The translations under genes and the position numbers were made by a program. DNA of 64,000 nucleotides from a virus: IMG/VR virus record IMGVR_UViG_3300047558_000238, positions 43,310-107,309 of that record; one strand, written 5' to 3'. The notes beneath the pieces were generated by a model. The model ran no database searches and had not been told where the DNA came from. It saw only the letters and a program-made list of their open reading frames with translations. Positions 17,901-26,980 of the stretch are shown one piece after another. The number at the start of each line of letters is the position of its first letter. The stretch's first letter is position 1.

Positions 17901-19314
17901 CACCCTGAATTCCTTGGAATCCAGCCACGCCCTGAGGCCCCTGAGGGCCAGTAGGTCCAGTTGGTCCCTGTAAGTTTCCATTAGCTTCCCAGGCTAGGTT
18001 GTCCTGAGACCAGATGTAGATTGTACCGTTTACAACGTGCACGTCTCCGACGTTACCAATTGGGTGATCAGTGACAAGCTCTTGGTACGTAGCATAGGAG
18101 TCTAGAATAGTTAGGCTTTGACCCATTGGCCCTGTTGCACCAGTTGGTCCAGTTATACCTTGTACACCTGCGGCACCAGTTGCACCTGTAGGGCCTGTAG
18201 GGCCTTGAATACCCTGTAAACCAGTAAGACCCTGAGCTCCCTGGGCACCAGTTGCACCAGTTGCACCAGTTGCACCAGTAGCTCCAGTTGCACCGGTTGG
18301 TCCAGCTGGACCCTGCGTACCTTGAGCACCAGTTGGGCCAGTAACACCTGCTGGTCCTTGAAGACCGCTTGCTCCAGTAGGGCCAGTTGGCCCTACGGAA
18401 CCAGTTGCACCAGTGGCACCAGTTGCACCCTGAGTTCCAGTAAGACCCTGAGGGCCAGTTGCACCGGTAGCTCCAGTAGCACCTGTTGGCCCCTGGATAC
18501 CCTGTGTACCAGTAGGGCCTGTTGCTCCGATGGGACCCGTTGCTCCAGTAGGGCCTTGAATGCCCTGTGCACCCTGAGCTCCAGTCGGTCCGGTTGCTCC
18601 AGTAAGACCTGCTGAACCAGTAGCACCTGTTGCACCAGTTGGTCCAGTAGCTCCAGCAGACCCTGCAATACCCTGAGGACCAGTAGCTCCAGTCGGACCA
18701 GTCGACCCGGTTAGTCCTTGAATACCTTGAGGACCAGTTGCACCTGTTGCTCCTGTTGCACCAGTTGGACCAGTTACACCCTGAATTCCTTGCTCGCCCT
18801 GAGGACCAGTAGCACCAGTTGCACCCTGAGTTCCAGTAAGACCCTGAGGGCCTGTAGCACCAGTAGGACCCTGAGGGCCAGTAGAACCAGTAGCTCCGGT
18901 TGGCCCTGCTTGCCCTTGAATACCTTGAATACCCTGCGCACCAGTAGGACCAGTTGCCCCTTGAGCTCCTGTTGCGCCAGTAGCTCCAGTAGCGCCCGTT
19001 GCACCAGTTGCACCAGCTGCACCAGTTGCACCTGGTGTTCCTTGAATACCAGTTAGACCCTGTGGTCCAGTTGGGCCCTGGATACCTTGAGGACCAGTTG
19101 CGCCAGTAGGGCCTGGAATAGTACTAGCTGCACCAGTAGCACCAGTTGCACCAGTTGCACCAGTTGCACCAGTTGCACCAGTAGGACCAGTAGATCCTGG
19201 AGCGCCTGTAGGGCCAGTTGGCCCTCCCGCAGGGCCAGCAGGGCCAGTAGGTCCAGCAGGGCCTTGAGCCCCTACGCCCTTAACTTCTAGATACGCAAAG
19301 TCATCTGAAAACAT
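14983..19314 (-). CDS. Large collagen-like fibre protein (1443 aa)
   Basis: Long [12 protein letters not shown] triplet runs interrupted by globular domains, two of them duplicated (I.D...TY.EL...HP.G..GD...YIWS). Confidence 0.9.
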   Translation of the reverse strand: MFSDDFAYLEVKGVGAQGPAGPTGPAGPAGGPTGPTGAPGSTGPTGATGATGATGATGATGAASTIPGPTGATGPQGIQGPTGPQGLTGIQGTPGATGAAGATGATGATGATGATGAQGATGPTGAQGIQGIQGQAGPTGATGSTGPQGPTGATGPQGLTGTQGATGATGPQGEQGIQGVTGPTGATGATGATGPQGIQGLTGSTGPTGATGPQGIAGSAGATGPTGATGATGSAGLTGATGPTGAQGAQGIQGPTGATGPIGATGPTGTQGIQGPTGATGATGATGPQGLTGTQGATGATGATGSVGPTGPTGASGLQGPAGVTGPTGAQGTQGPAGPTGATGATGATGATGATGAQGAQGLTGLQGIQGPTGPTGATGAAGVQGITGPTGATGPMGQSLTILDSYATYQELVTDHPIGNVGDVHVVNGTIYIWSQDNLAWEANGNLQGPTGPTGPQGPQGVAGFQGIQGVTGPTGATGAQGPTGPTGAPSMVTGPTGATGAQGVQGPTGATGPQGIQGIAGPTGATGAQGPQGLTGTQGVTGPTGATGAQGVQGNIGPTGATGAQGPTGPTGAQGQGIQIIDAHNTYAELIAAHPTGTPGDASIAGGVLYIWSETTLSWVDSGTLAGPTGATGPTGAQGIAGIQGVPGIQGVDGPTGPTGSVGPVGPTGPTGAQGVEGPTGPTGATGPQGADGYIGADGATGPTGPTGATGPTGAASTVAGPTGPTGATGATGPMPSGAVTEITSISGLDKLGFDTTYVNGVSNPGELAWNEADGTLNLRLGGNNVTLQVGQEFVMKVYNATGSTITNGSVVALSGANGTRPEVILADASTELQSTATVGIATEDIAVAGEGYVTLNGLVRDIDTSNYVGFGGIVSNYSEGAVLWLSETAGTMTTQRPEAPAHGVMVGVLVRKSATTGSIYVKVANGLELDELHDVNLSTLVDGDVLRYNSATGVWTNSQVVGPTGPTGATGPTGPQGGAAGRTFYLNRTDTSDLTGYFIAGESPSVNALTSYTIQLSLADTPYLIGAFATPVGVPGVTNIPTGIGVNSLHMLVDSGSVKFRTEVYKCGPSGGSETLLSTVDSELHSNTTIEEISYQYVRSVAASIDLTDRLVFKYYAIRPTGYGNSNSTTTIYFEDGKASNVRTTISAGAIGPTGPTGPTGATGVQGATGPTGPTGAAGIDGLDGPTGPTGADGKFYVSDVAPTSPSVGDVWVDTATGTLLTYIDGFWAEAVAGDMGPTGPTGATGATGAQGVQGLTGATGDTGPAGPQGVQGIQGPIGPTGATGPAPDTSTYVTIPGTQTLSNKTLISPVLTSQTKEGVYATATGFAGGAFKLVDGAVQFYTVAAAGNGIVNFYYDGATSLDAFMSVNQSVTCALLITNGTTPYYPTSYQIDGTAVTPKWVGGTAPSSGNASSIDMYTYTIIKTATNTFTVLASQAKFA

Positions 19315-19673
19315 TAGTAAGTAATCTCCGCTCTAACGGTAAACTTTCCAGCAATAAATTTAGTAACGTCTCCGTCAGGGCTTTCAAGTTCTATATCATA
19401 TGTGTAGATGCCAGCTGCTAGTGCCTCAGTTTGAGCTGGAGTAAGTAGAACTTCAACTTTTCCGGTGAGCGGCTCTATCACTAGACTTCTAGTTCCAGTA
19501 ACTAGTGAGAGCGCAATCTCGGAGCTATTGGCTGAAGTTCTTATCTGCATTCGACCGGAGTACCCAGTCAAGTTGATAGGAGTCTTAGTAGATGTCTTAA
19601 GAATTAAGACGCGATTCAGTGTAGCACCTTGATCGGCTATTATATCATAGTAATTGTTCGTTGCGCAATACAC
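19314..19673 (-). CDS. Ig-like virion/baseplate-type protein, paralog of 33119-33478
   Basis: Y.I.ADQG.T..R, GY..RM..R, YD.EL, G.F.VRAE[IV]T. Confidence 0.7.
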   Translation of the reverse strand: MYCATNNYYDIIADQGATLNRVLILKTSTKTPINLTGYSGRMQIRTSANSSEIALSLVTGTRSLVIEPLTGKVEVLLTPAQTEALAAGIYTYDIELESPDGDVTKFIAGKFTVRAEITY

Positions 19674-19729
19674 GGGAATCCTCTGGAGAAAAGGCTAGTC
19701 CTTTATATTTTACCGCAATAAGTGTTTTC

Positions 19730-20329
19730 CTAGTTGCTTAGCCTTTTAATCCAGAAAGCTGGCGACATGTATTTAACTCCTGAGACTACCGGAGTCGACC
19801 TGTGATAGTAGGGCTCTACAGATGGGAAGACCACAATACTTCCAGCTTCTGGCTTTATTTTTATATCGAACTCAGTGAAATGTAGCTCGCCGCCGTCCAT
19901 ATCGTCATTTAGGTAGATAACAGCTGACATTATTGGCTCTAAATGCGGCTCCCCGTGGTAGTCAACGTGAGGGCCCATCTCTGCTCCGCTAATGTATTTA
20001 GAGATACTTATAGGCGCTGGGTCGATATAGTCTATGCCATTCTTTTTGGCATAATCTCTTCCCGCCTCGGTTAAAGCGGTTTTTAGATTTAGATATATTG
20101 ACTTGACGCTATCAGAGCTGGTGCTTAGTTTAGATTCATCAGTAAATTTTTGCTGACCAAATACGTAAGGCTCTCCATCGCCAGAAGCCAACCATTGATG
20201 CCATTTTTGTATAGCATCGTTGGTAGTCAGATTAGCATCTGTTGTCTCGATGAGCTCTATGATCTTTTCTGGGCTCTCTACAATACCCTTGTAGTAGTAA
20301 ATTTTGTCAGCAAAAATCTCGGGGTTCAT
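19730..20329 (-). CDS. 2OG-Fe(II) oxygenase, prolyl-4-hydroxylase-like
   Basis: HVD, YLNDD.DGGEL.F, H.STPV.SG.KY. Confidence 0.9.
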   Translation of the reverse strand: MNPEIFADKIYYYKGIVESPEKIIELIETTDANLTTNDAIQKWHQWLASGDGEPYVFGQQKFTDESKLSTSSDSVKSIYLNLKTALTEAGRDYAKKNGIDYIDPAPISISKYISGAEMGPHVDYHGEPHLEPIMSAVIYLNDDMDGGELHFTEFDIKIKPEAGSIVVFPSVEPYYHRSTPVVSGVKYMSPAFWIKRLSN

Positions 20330-21063
20330 TAGGCGAACTTGTTGCCCTTCTCCCACTCTATTTTCTGCTCGGCCTGTGCCTTACGTACCTCTTGGATTTC
20401 GGCTTCCCAAGCTGCCTTTTTCTCATCAGAGTACACGGCATCGGCAAAGTCCCAGAAGGAGACCATGGTATATCTAGTTCCCTTTAGAATCTCTTTAACT
20501 CCGTGAATGTTTTCTATTCCGCCAGGGAAGCAGATGTACGAGTAGGCAGCTGGCTTAAACTCTAGGTTGTGGTCAGGAAAATAAAGCTCTCCACCCTCGT
20601 AATCGTCATTTAAGTACAAGATACCTACATACTTATTAATCTCAAAAGCGTTTGGCGAGCCGTCGAAGTCCGAGTTATCTGAGTGTGGCGCTGCAAATCC
20701 GCCAACATCCCACTTCTGCGCATGCGAAGTATTGGCTACAACTTCACGATCAAATACCAGCTGAATAGCTTCTTTAAACTTTTCACGAAGAGTCTCGAAG
20801 AAGCGTGGAGGCAAGTCGTAGTCAGCTAGCTTCGGGTCATCAGGGTGAATGCCCATACCGGATGATCCGTAGAAGGCAATATCACCCCACGAAGAAGAAT
20901 ATGACTCTATGTAGTTGATGATGTTTCTTGCGGTATCTGGAGAGACAAAGTTAGCAATCTCTACGATACGGTTCTGAGGGATACCTAGCTCCCCGATGGC
21001 GTTGGGCTCATCTTTATAGACGATGAACTCTTCTGGCTGTAGGTTTTCAATAATCAATGACAT
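20329..21063 (-). CDS. 2OG-Fe(II) oxygenase, prolyl-4-hydroxylase-like
   Basis: HSD, YLNDDYEGGELYF, HGV....G.RY. Confidence 0.9.
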   Translation of the reverse strand: MSLIIENLQPEEFIVYKDEPNAIGELGIPQNRIVEIANFVSPDTARNIINYIESYSSSWGDIAFYGSSGMGIHPDDPKLADYDLPPRFFETLREKFKEAIQLVFDREVVANTSHAQKWDVGGFAAPHSDNSDFDGSPNAFEINKYVGILYLNDDYEGGELYFPDHNLEFKPAAYSYICFPGGIENIHGVKEILKGTRYTMVSFWDFADAVYSDEKKAAWEAEIQEVRKAQAEQKIEWEKGNKFA

Positions 21064-21833
21064 TAGTGGTCTATACCTTTCAAGTTATATCGTCCAGAAT
21101 TACGTTCGACGCGCTCGCGCTCTTTTTCCATCTCGCCCCATACCGTGGGGCCGTACTTTTCCAAACCGTCACGCCACTCCTGAGTGCCCTCCGAGTAGTA
21201 CTGCCAGAATGAGCGAACAAAATATTTTTGCCCTGAAGTAGTTTTATTTACTCCATGGTAGTAAGGTGCTCTGGACGGGAACACTAGCACATCACCGGCC
21301 TGAGGCTTATGAATAAAAAAATCTACATCAGTACCTTCTTCATTCAATACTTTGAAGCAGATCTCTCCGCCTTCATAGTTATCGTTTAGGTACATAGTGC
21401 ATGTCATCACTGGCTTATCGCCAGGAGCATCAGCGCGTTCTTGCTGAAAATCAGTGTGATAGAACATGCCAACATTAGTGTCTGCTCCGCCATCAGTTTT
21501 ATACATGCAAATAGCGGGAGCGCTGAATTTCCAGTTAGGAATCTCTTCGTTGAAGTAGTTATCGTGGTAGTGACTGGTGGCCGTATAAAAAGCTCCCATA
21601 ATTTCTTGTGCAGCAGGTACTAGACCCTGGCTCGCAACCATGGTCTCATGCCACTCATCAGCATCAGGAAATTTACTAAATGTATGGTTTCTAGCCTTTA
21701 CGGTAGTTAGCTCTCCAAAGGTAAACCACTTAGCCCACTCCGCCGAGTCACGGTAATGCTTAGCTACTTCTTCTGGGTTTTGATATAAACCTCGGTAGAC
21801 AACAACATTCGGGTAGAGTTCGATAACTTCCAC
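21063..21833 (-). CDS. 2OG-Fe(II) oxygenase, prolyl-4-hydroxylase-like
   Basis: HTD, YLNDNYEGGEI.F, HGV....G.KY. Start set at the coupled GTG 21833. Confidence 0.9.
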   Translation of the reverse strand: MEVIELYPNVVVYRGLYQNPEEVAKHYRDSAEWAKWFTFGELTTVKARNHTFSKFPDADEWHETMVASQGLVPAAQEIMGAFYTATSHYHDNYFNEEIPNWKFSAPAICMYKTDGGADTNVGMFYHTDFQQERADAPGDKPVMTCTMYLNDNYEGGEICFKVLNEEGTDVDFFIHKPQAGDVLVFPSRAPYYHGVNKTTSGQKYFVRSFWQYYSEGTQEWRDGLEKYGPTVWGEMEKERERVERNSGRYNLKGIDH

Positions 21834-22513
21834 TAGATACCGCACTGGCTTTCGTGAGATAAGATCGTCCAGAAAAACGGAACAGTGTATCTAGTACCGG
21901 AGGTAATCTGAGTTACTCCGTGAATGTACTCCATGTCTCCAGGGAAGAAGTAAGCAGCACCTGCCTTGGGCTTAAACTGAATCCCCTGATTTGGGAAGTA
22001 CAGCTCGCCACCTTCGTAATCGTCGTTCAAGTAGAACAGTCCAGCTAGGTCATAGTAGGGGAAGTCATTTGGCTTACCTCTATCTGCACCTTGGTGTAGC
22101 TCTTTATCTGCGTGAGGCATCTGAAGCTGTCCAGGCAGCCAGCGGACTAAAGCTGGTGAAGTAGGTACCGCGTCTACTTTAAAGAACGCGTCTACTTCCT
22201 TCTTAAGCCGATCAACCATACCGCTGATCACTTCTGGAATCTTTGGATCTACTGCTCGTATGGTGTCATAGGTGGCAACTCGATCTTTCCAGTAGTCAGA
22301 GTCGTAAATTACCGTGCCTTCTTCGTTATAGTGAGTCTCGGTTACATCCCAGGCAGTATTTGATCGAATAAATTTATTAAGAGTCTCTAGCTCGTACTCT
22401 GTCATAAAGTTCTCACGGGTCTGAATGTTTGACGGGCTATTGCCAAAAAATCCAGATGGTGTTATAGAGACTCTATTATTTAGTCTAGAGTTTGCGTAAT
22501 CTTCTGGTTCCAT
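21833..22513 (-). CDS. 2OG-Fe(II) oxygenase, prolyl-4-hydroxylase-like
   Basis: HAD, YLNDDYEGGELYF, HGV....GTRY. Confidence 0.9.
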   Translation of the reverse strand: MEPEDYANSRLNNRVSITPSGFFGNSPSNIQTRENFMTEYELETLNKFIRSNTAWDVTETHYNEEGTVIYDSDYWKDRVATYDTIRAVDPKIPEVISGMVDRLKKEVDAFFKVDAVPTSPALVRWLPGQLQMPHADKELHQGADRGKPNDFPYYDLAGLFYLNDDYEGGELYFPNQGIQFKPKAGAAYFFPGDMEYIHGVTQITSGTRYTVPFFWTILSHESQCGI

Positions 22514-22529
22514 ATTTTTATCTTACTGT

Positions 22530-23261
22530 CTACTCGTAAACTCGTCTGGTCCAAACTTCTTTTTGGTAGACGCCACCGTCAGGTACACGATATTTTTTAC
22601 TATTTTCATTGTTACTCATCGCCATCTTCATGTACGAGACATCAGCATCTACTTCTGACTCCCAGTCTTCTCGCTTAAATGGAAGCATCTGGGCATACGG
22701 TGTTCCGGCTGGAATAATTCCGGTAAAGCCTTTTACTACAAAGAATGGCATGGTTCCCGGAAGGTTTACCTTGTCATTGTCGATAATTCCACTAGTGGTT
22801 AGAAACGGTAGCTCAAAGCGATTGAATGGCTGGGTGTATAGGACGCTGTAGCCTTCAGGGACTGATACGGCCCAGTCTGACCACCATGCGAAGTGGAACT
22901 CGTGGTAGCCCATCGGTGCTTTAAACTGAGGCATTGGTGGTCGGTTCTGGATAAAGTCCTTGTTTTGAGGGTCTAGGACCTTAGCTCTAATGGTTCCGTT
23001 TTCTTCATAAAACTCGATATCGCATGGTGTTCTATAGACGTATCCAGTACCCATGATGTCAAAAACTGCCGGACAAGCTTTCCAGGTAGGGATCTTTCCT
23101 CCCACCATCGGGTCCTGCCAGTATTCACCATCTGGCTTTATTGCAAACCTATCAGCTTTTCTATACCACTCTGGGATAGTCTTAATAGTTGGACGCGGGA
23201 CAGAGGGGCTATCCTCTGTCAGCCATGGCCTGTTCTTGATGAACTTAATCAGTTGTTTCAA
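22530..23261 (-). CDS. DUF6065-like protein with dUTPase-fold-like motifs
   Basis: K.CP...D...GY, GIIDND, IPAGTPYAQM.P. Confidence 0.65.
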   Translation of the reverse strand: MKQLIKFIKNRPWLTEDSPSVPRPTIKTIPEWYRKADRFAIKPDGEYWQDPMVGGKIPTWKACPAVFDIMGTGYVYRTPCDIEFYEENGTIRAKVLDPQNKDFIQNRPPMPQFKAPMGYHEFHFAWWSDWAVSVPEGYSVLYTQPFNRFELPFLTTSGIIDNDKVNLPGTMPFFVVKGFTGIIPAGTPYAQMLPFKREDWESEVDADVSYMKMAMSNNENSKKYRVPDGGVYQKEVWTRRVYE

Positions 23262-23979
23262 TTGTCATTCCTGTCACTGGGCATGTTACTGTCTTTAGTC
23301 TTATTGACTTAGTCTCGTGAGAGCCTAACGAAGTACCATCATAGTTTATGGCGTTTCTATACATCTTCGACCAGTCACCCTTAGAGTTTTTGGCTTGTGC
23401 CGCATCTCCATACTTTCTCAGCTCCTCCCAGTACTCGGGTGGTGGTGGGGTGCTGTCTACTTCTAAAGTGAAGTTGTCTTCTAGCTGACCCAATGAGATT
23501 GGCAGAACTGCTGCTACTGGAGTTCCTGCTGGAATAGTAATCTCTTTGTCTGCTTCGGTTATCTTCCAAGCAACTGGTAGCGGTGCATTATAGAAAGACG
23601 TGCTAATTAGCGTAGTAAAGCATTGAGTACCAGCTATAAACTGATTCGGAACTGGCATAGTTAGCGTTGTAACATCAGCGTCTGTATGGAAGATTAGTCC
23701 AGTATCGAAACTAACTGTTGCACTGCCTCGATTTGGGTTCGCCCACTCTTCACCTTTGAGAATAGTGACATGGTCTCTGGTCGGATCATCGATTCCATCC
23801 CAGATAAATGAAATATCTTCAGGGAAAGATATACCCCACCCTAGCCGATTAGTTAGCGACACTGGAAAGCACATGTAGCCATGCTTTTCTGGCAGTCGAT
23901 CCATCCAGTCTCTGGTCCCTGGTAATGGTTCGATTTTTACACCGTTATCGTAGGCCTTAACTACACGTATAGTTTTCAC
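23245..23979 (-). CDS. DUF6065 family protein
   Basis: RDWMD...GY.CFP...N..GW.I..P.D....WDG. Confidence 0.75.
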   Translation of the reverse strand: MKTIRVVKAYDNGVKIEPLPGTRDWMDRLPEKHGYMCFPVSLTNRLGWGISFPEDISFIWDGIDDPTRDHVTILKGEEWANPNRGSATVSFDTGLIFHTDADVTTLTMPVPNQFIAGTQCFTTLISTSFYNAPLPVAWKITEADKEITIPAGTPVAAVLPISLGQLEDNFTLEVDSTPPPPEYWEELRKYGDAAQAKNSKGDWSKMYRNAINYDGTSLGSHETKSIRLKTVTCPVTGMTIETTD

Positions 23980-24728
23980 TAGCTTCCGGTTTCTACCATA
24001 AATGACGGCTTGTGGAACTTGTCTGAGTAGTCAAGCATAGTTACCATCGAGTACTTAGTACCAGACTTAACTGGCATAGCTCGGTGTGGGTACATAAAGT
24101 TTGACGGGAAGATATATAAATCGCCTGCAGTAGCCTTGATGGTTGCATTTTGCAGTCTGAAGTGCAGCTCGCCGCCTTCATAGTCATCATTAGGGAACGC
24201 AACTAGGGACACTACGCAGTTGTAGGAGAAGCCGTGATCGTGGTGCTCCTGAAAGTGCTGTCCTGGACCGTACTTAATGAAGTTAGTTGCTTCCCAGTAG
24301 CGGAGCTCGCCAATGTTATACATCTTTGTGTAGTGGCGGACTGCCTGAAGCTGGCGATAGTGAGTCTCGTCCCAGAGGGCAGCAAGCTTTTCAGCTGCCT
24401 CCGACTTATCGCTTTGAATGTCTGTCTTCTTGTACTTAAAATCAAAGCAGTCGCGATACTCTGGCATCTTTACGCCATATCCGACCAATGCTTCTTCGTA
24501 GTGGTATCGATTAGTCGGGTCTAATAGGACCTCTTCTAGTCTGCTAATGACGTTTACTGAAGACGGTATTACATTTCTATACACCCAGATACCAGATCCT
24601 GGCGCAACCTCTTCTGCGTGGTCCCAGGTTTTTTCTTCAATCTCGTACCACTTAGTTAGGCGTAGATTGTGGTCTTCAATCTCTCGCTCCATTGCTTCAG
24701 TTGGCTTACTTACGTGAGAGTTTTGCAT
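23979..24728 (-). CDS. 2OG-Fe(II) oxygenase, prolyl-4-hydroxylase-like
   Basis: HHD, NDDYEGGEL.F, FPSNFMYPH...V.SGTKY. Confidence 0.9.
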   Translation of the reverse strand: MQNSHVSKPTEAMEREIEDHNLRLTKWYEIEEKTWDHAEEVAPGSGIWVYRNVIPSSVNVISRLEEVLLDPTNRYHYEEALVGYGVKMPEYRDCFDFKYKKTDIQSDKSEAAEKLAALWDETHYRQLQAVRHYTKMYNIGELRYWEATNFIKYGPGQHFQEHHDHGFSYNCVVSLVAFPNDDYEGGELHFRLQNATIKATAGDLYIFPSNFMYPHRAMPVKSGTKYSMVTMLDYSDKFHKPSFMVETGS

Positions 24729-24737
24729 TATTACCTC

Positions 24738-25481
24738 TTAGTACTTGAGCTTGTAGTCTTGAATTATTGGAGACACCTTGTGATTAACATCTCCGCGATC
24801 GTTGTAGTCGGTCATAATAACAACCGCATACTTAGTCCCGCTAATCATGTCCTGAGATGCGTGCTCATAGATATATGTTGACGGGAATACGACAATATCT
24901 CCTGCCTTAGGCTTAATCGAGAGTCCGTCCATACGGGGGAACCAGATCTCACCACCTTCGTAGTCGTCATTTAAGTAGACGACCACGGAGATGGTGCAAA
25001 CATACGTCGGGCCATGGTCAGCGTGGACCTTAAAGTGGGTGCCAGCACCCTCGTACTTTACAAAATTGAATGCCTCATACGATGCAATGCCAACACCCCA
25101 ATAGCGACCGTAGTCGTCTACGCATTGGCGCACTGCCTGAAACACTGCCTCGTGAACGTCGTACAGTTCGGCGTTGTCTTCGTTACGTGGCCCCAGTCCA
25201 GTGGAGTTGATCTTAAAGTCTTGAGCATTCCTTGCATTAAGGTCGACATCTGCAGATGATGTGACCTTAGCTCCATGCCATTTATATCTACCGCTGCCGT
25301 CAAGCTTACGCTCTAACGTATCGATGTATTGCTGCCCCTGCTCTTTGGTGATTGCACCACTATAAACATTGATGCCTAGAGCTGGGTTAGTTACGGTAAT
25401 AGCTGGATTAGTTGAAGCCTGGCGACCAGGCATACGGTGAGATGCGGTCTCTGACCTGTCTTTAGTAAACCAATCGTTCAT
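24738..25481 (-). CDS. 2OG-Fe(II) oxygenase, prolyl-4-hydroxylase-like
   Basis: HAD, YLNDDYEGGEI.F, EH.....SGTKY; TATAGT shortly upstream of ATG 25481. Confidence 0.9.
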   Translation of the reverse strand: MNDWFTKDRSETASHRMPGRQASTNPAITVTNPALGINVYSGAITKEQGQQYIDTLERKLDGSGRYKWHGAKVTSSADVDLNARNAQDFKINSTGLGPRNEDNAELYDVHEAVFQAVRQCVDDYGRYWGVGIASYEAFNFVKYEGAGTHFKVHADHGPTYVCTISVVVYLNDDYEGGEIWFPRMDGLSIKPKAGDIVVFPSTYIYEHASQDMISGTKYAVVIMTDYNDRGDVNHKVSPIIQDYKLKY

Positions 25482-25499
25482 ATGGTCTACTATACACAA

Positions 25500-26102
25500 C
25501 TATTCAGATTTTTGCTGAAGTCTTTCTAGGTATTTTGGGCTCATTAAATATGACTCTGACTCTGTTAATAGCCCCTGGTCTTGTAGCTTATATCCGTAGT
25601 CTGGACCTTCGGTGAAATACCAATGATCTTCCGGACAAAAATGAAACATAATAACCTCGACCCTGTTGTTATCTGGGTCAGGCATTTCATTGCGCCAATG
25701 AGAATCATAGCCCCCCATAAATGCTAAAGCTTGTCCCTCGGAGAATATAAACTCCTCGCCCTCGACTACTACCCCCCATGGAGTTCTGGCTGATAGGCAG
25801 TAGTCGATTGTATAGGTGCATGCGTTATTGTCCCTATGCGGGGGTAAGCTAGAGGTCGGCTTATTGTAGTCTAGATAGACAGCATAGGTTGACTTAAGAT
25901 TAGGATCAGAAAATATCTCTCTAGCTGTTGGCTCGATAGCCTTACTAAAGTAGTCATCTAGCTGAGTAAATCTTTTAACTCCTCTATCTTTTTTGGAGTC
26001 TTTCCATGACTTCTTAAAGTCGTCAGAGTCTATTAAAGCTCGAAGCTTTTCATGATCTGCTGCAGAGAAAAGATTATCTAGTAGTTTAGGTTCAAAGTGC
26101 AT
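25500..26102 (-). CDS. Divergent 2OG-Fe(II) oxygenase-like protein
   Basis: HRD..CTY, F.G....HWR. Confidence 0.7.
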   Translation of the reverse strand: MHFEPKLLDNLFSAADHEKLRALIDSDDFKKSWKDSKKDRGVKRFTQLDDYFSKAIEPTAREIFSDPNLKSTYAVYLDYNKPTSSLPPHRDNNACTYTIDYCLSARTPWGVVVEGEEFIFSEGQALAFMGGYDSHWRNEMPDPDNNRVEVIMFHFCPEDHWYFTEGPDYGYKLQDQGLLTESESYLMSPKYLERLQQKSE

Positions 26103-26114
26103 TAGAAGCCGCCT

Positions 26115-26918
26115 CTACTTAAGTCTGACGTAGCCAGGAATATGGTCTGTAAAATCCTCTGCAACAATGTTGCACTGACCACATCCGCCAGGATTGCATT
26201 CATAGTTTGACTCGGGTATTCCGGTCAGTCTTGGGCTGTGGCCTATATGTTCGTAGTATCTAATATCGCCATCTAATTTATACTCAGCCATTCGACGATA
26301 TAGCTCTTCATGATCTTTGTCGTCGTAAGCACTTAGGTCGTACATCCAATGCTCTGGGCTAACAAATAAGACGAACATCAATACTACGTAAGCATCTTCA
26401 TCAACGTCTGGGTATGGCGGCCTTGCATGGGTCTGCTGTTGCCCCATAAAAAATACACCGCTGTTTACGGCTTCCTCAAATCGCTCGCCATCGACTAGTA
26501 GGCCCCAGCTATCTATGCCGTGAGTGTCTATGCATATGTCCATAGTGAACTGAGTTCCTGGCTGATCCATGTGCTCCCAGAGATATGGAGTTATGCCTTT
26601 ATATTTTTGATATCTAGCAAACCAGATATTTTTGATTCGAAGTCCCTGCTTTTTCCAATTTTTCTTGGCTAAGTCGTCTAGGTGGTCCCAGACCTCCTGC
26701 GGCAAATCAATCTCGGTCACCCATCTGCCAGTCATGGTGTGGTATTGCGCTGGATTCTCTAGACTCTCGCTGCCTGGCCCCCAGTTGGCTTTTTCAGCCA
26801 GTGCCAAGTTTATCTCCTCGAGCATATCCTCTGGGAATATGCCCTCTACTTTTTTAGCTGGCTCACCTTCTGGCAGGGGCCACTTTATGTTTGGGCTGGA
26901 GTCAGCTGAAATCGGCAC
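26115..26918 (-). CDS. Divergent 2OG-Fe(II) oxygenase-like protein with C-terminal Cys cluster
   Basis: HMD, FMGQQQTHAR, C-terminal CNPGGCGQC; related to 25500-26102. Confidence 0.65.
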   Translation of the reverse strand: MPISADSSPNIKWPLPEGEPAKKVEGIFPEDMLEEINLALAEKANWGPGSESLENPAQYHTMTGRWVTEIDLPQEVWDHLDDLAKKNWKKQGLRIKNIWFARYQKYKGITPYLWEHMDQPGTQFTMDICIDTHGIDSWGLLVDGERFEEAVNSGVFFMGQQQTHARPPYPDVDEDAYVVLMFVLFVSPEHWMYDLSAYDDKDHEELYRRMAEYKLDGDIRYYEHIGHSPRLTGIPESNYECNPGGCGQCNIVAEDFTDHIPGYVRLK

Positions 26919-26938
26919 AATCTCTCCTAAAAACTAAA

Positions 26939-26965
26939 ACGGGGGTGGCATGTAACCACCCCCGT
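26939..26965 (-). terminator. Intrinsic terminator/attenuator after the FN3-(P/F)n gene
   Basis: ACGGGGGTGG-N7-CCACCCCCGT stem followed by a T-rich tract on the minus strand. Confidence 0.75.
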
Positions 26966-26980
26966 ATCAGTCTACGCTAG

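Noticed and set aside
15395-19290. Many overlapping ORFs within the collagen gene
   Set aside because: Artefacts of Gly-X-Y codon periodicity.
19730-26918. Oxygenases as TET/JBP DNA-modifying enzymes
   Set aside because: Motifs (YLNDDYEGGE) are prolyl-hydroxylase-like and the context is structural genes. Not formally excluded.
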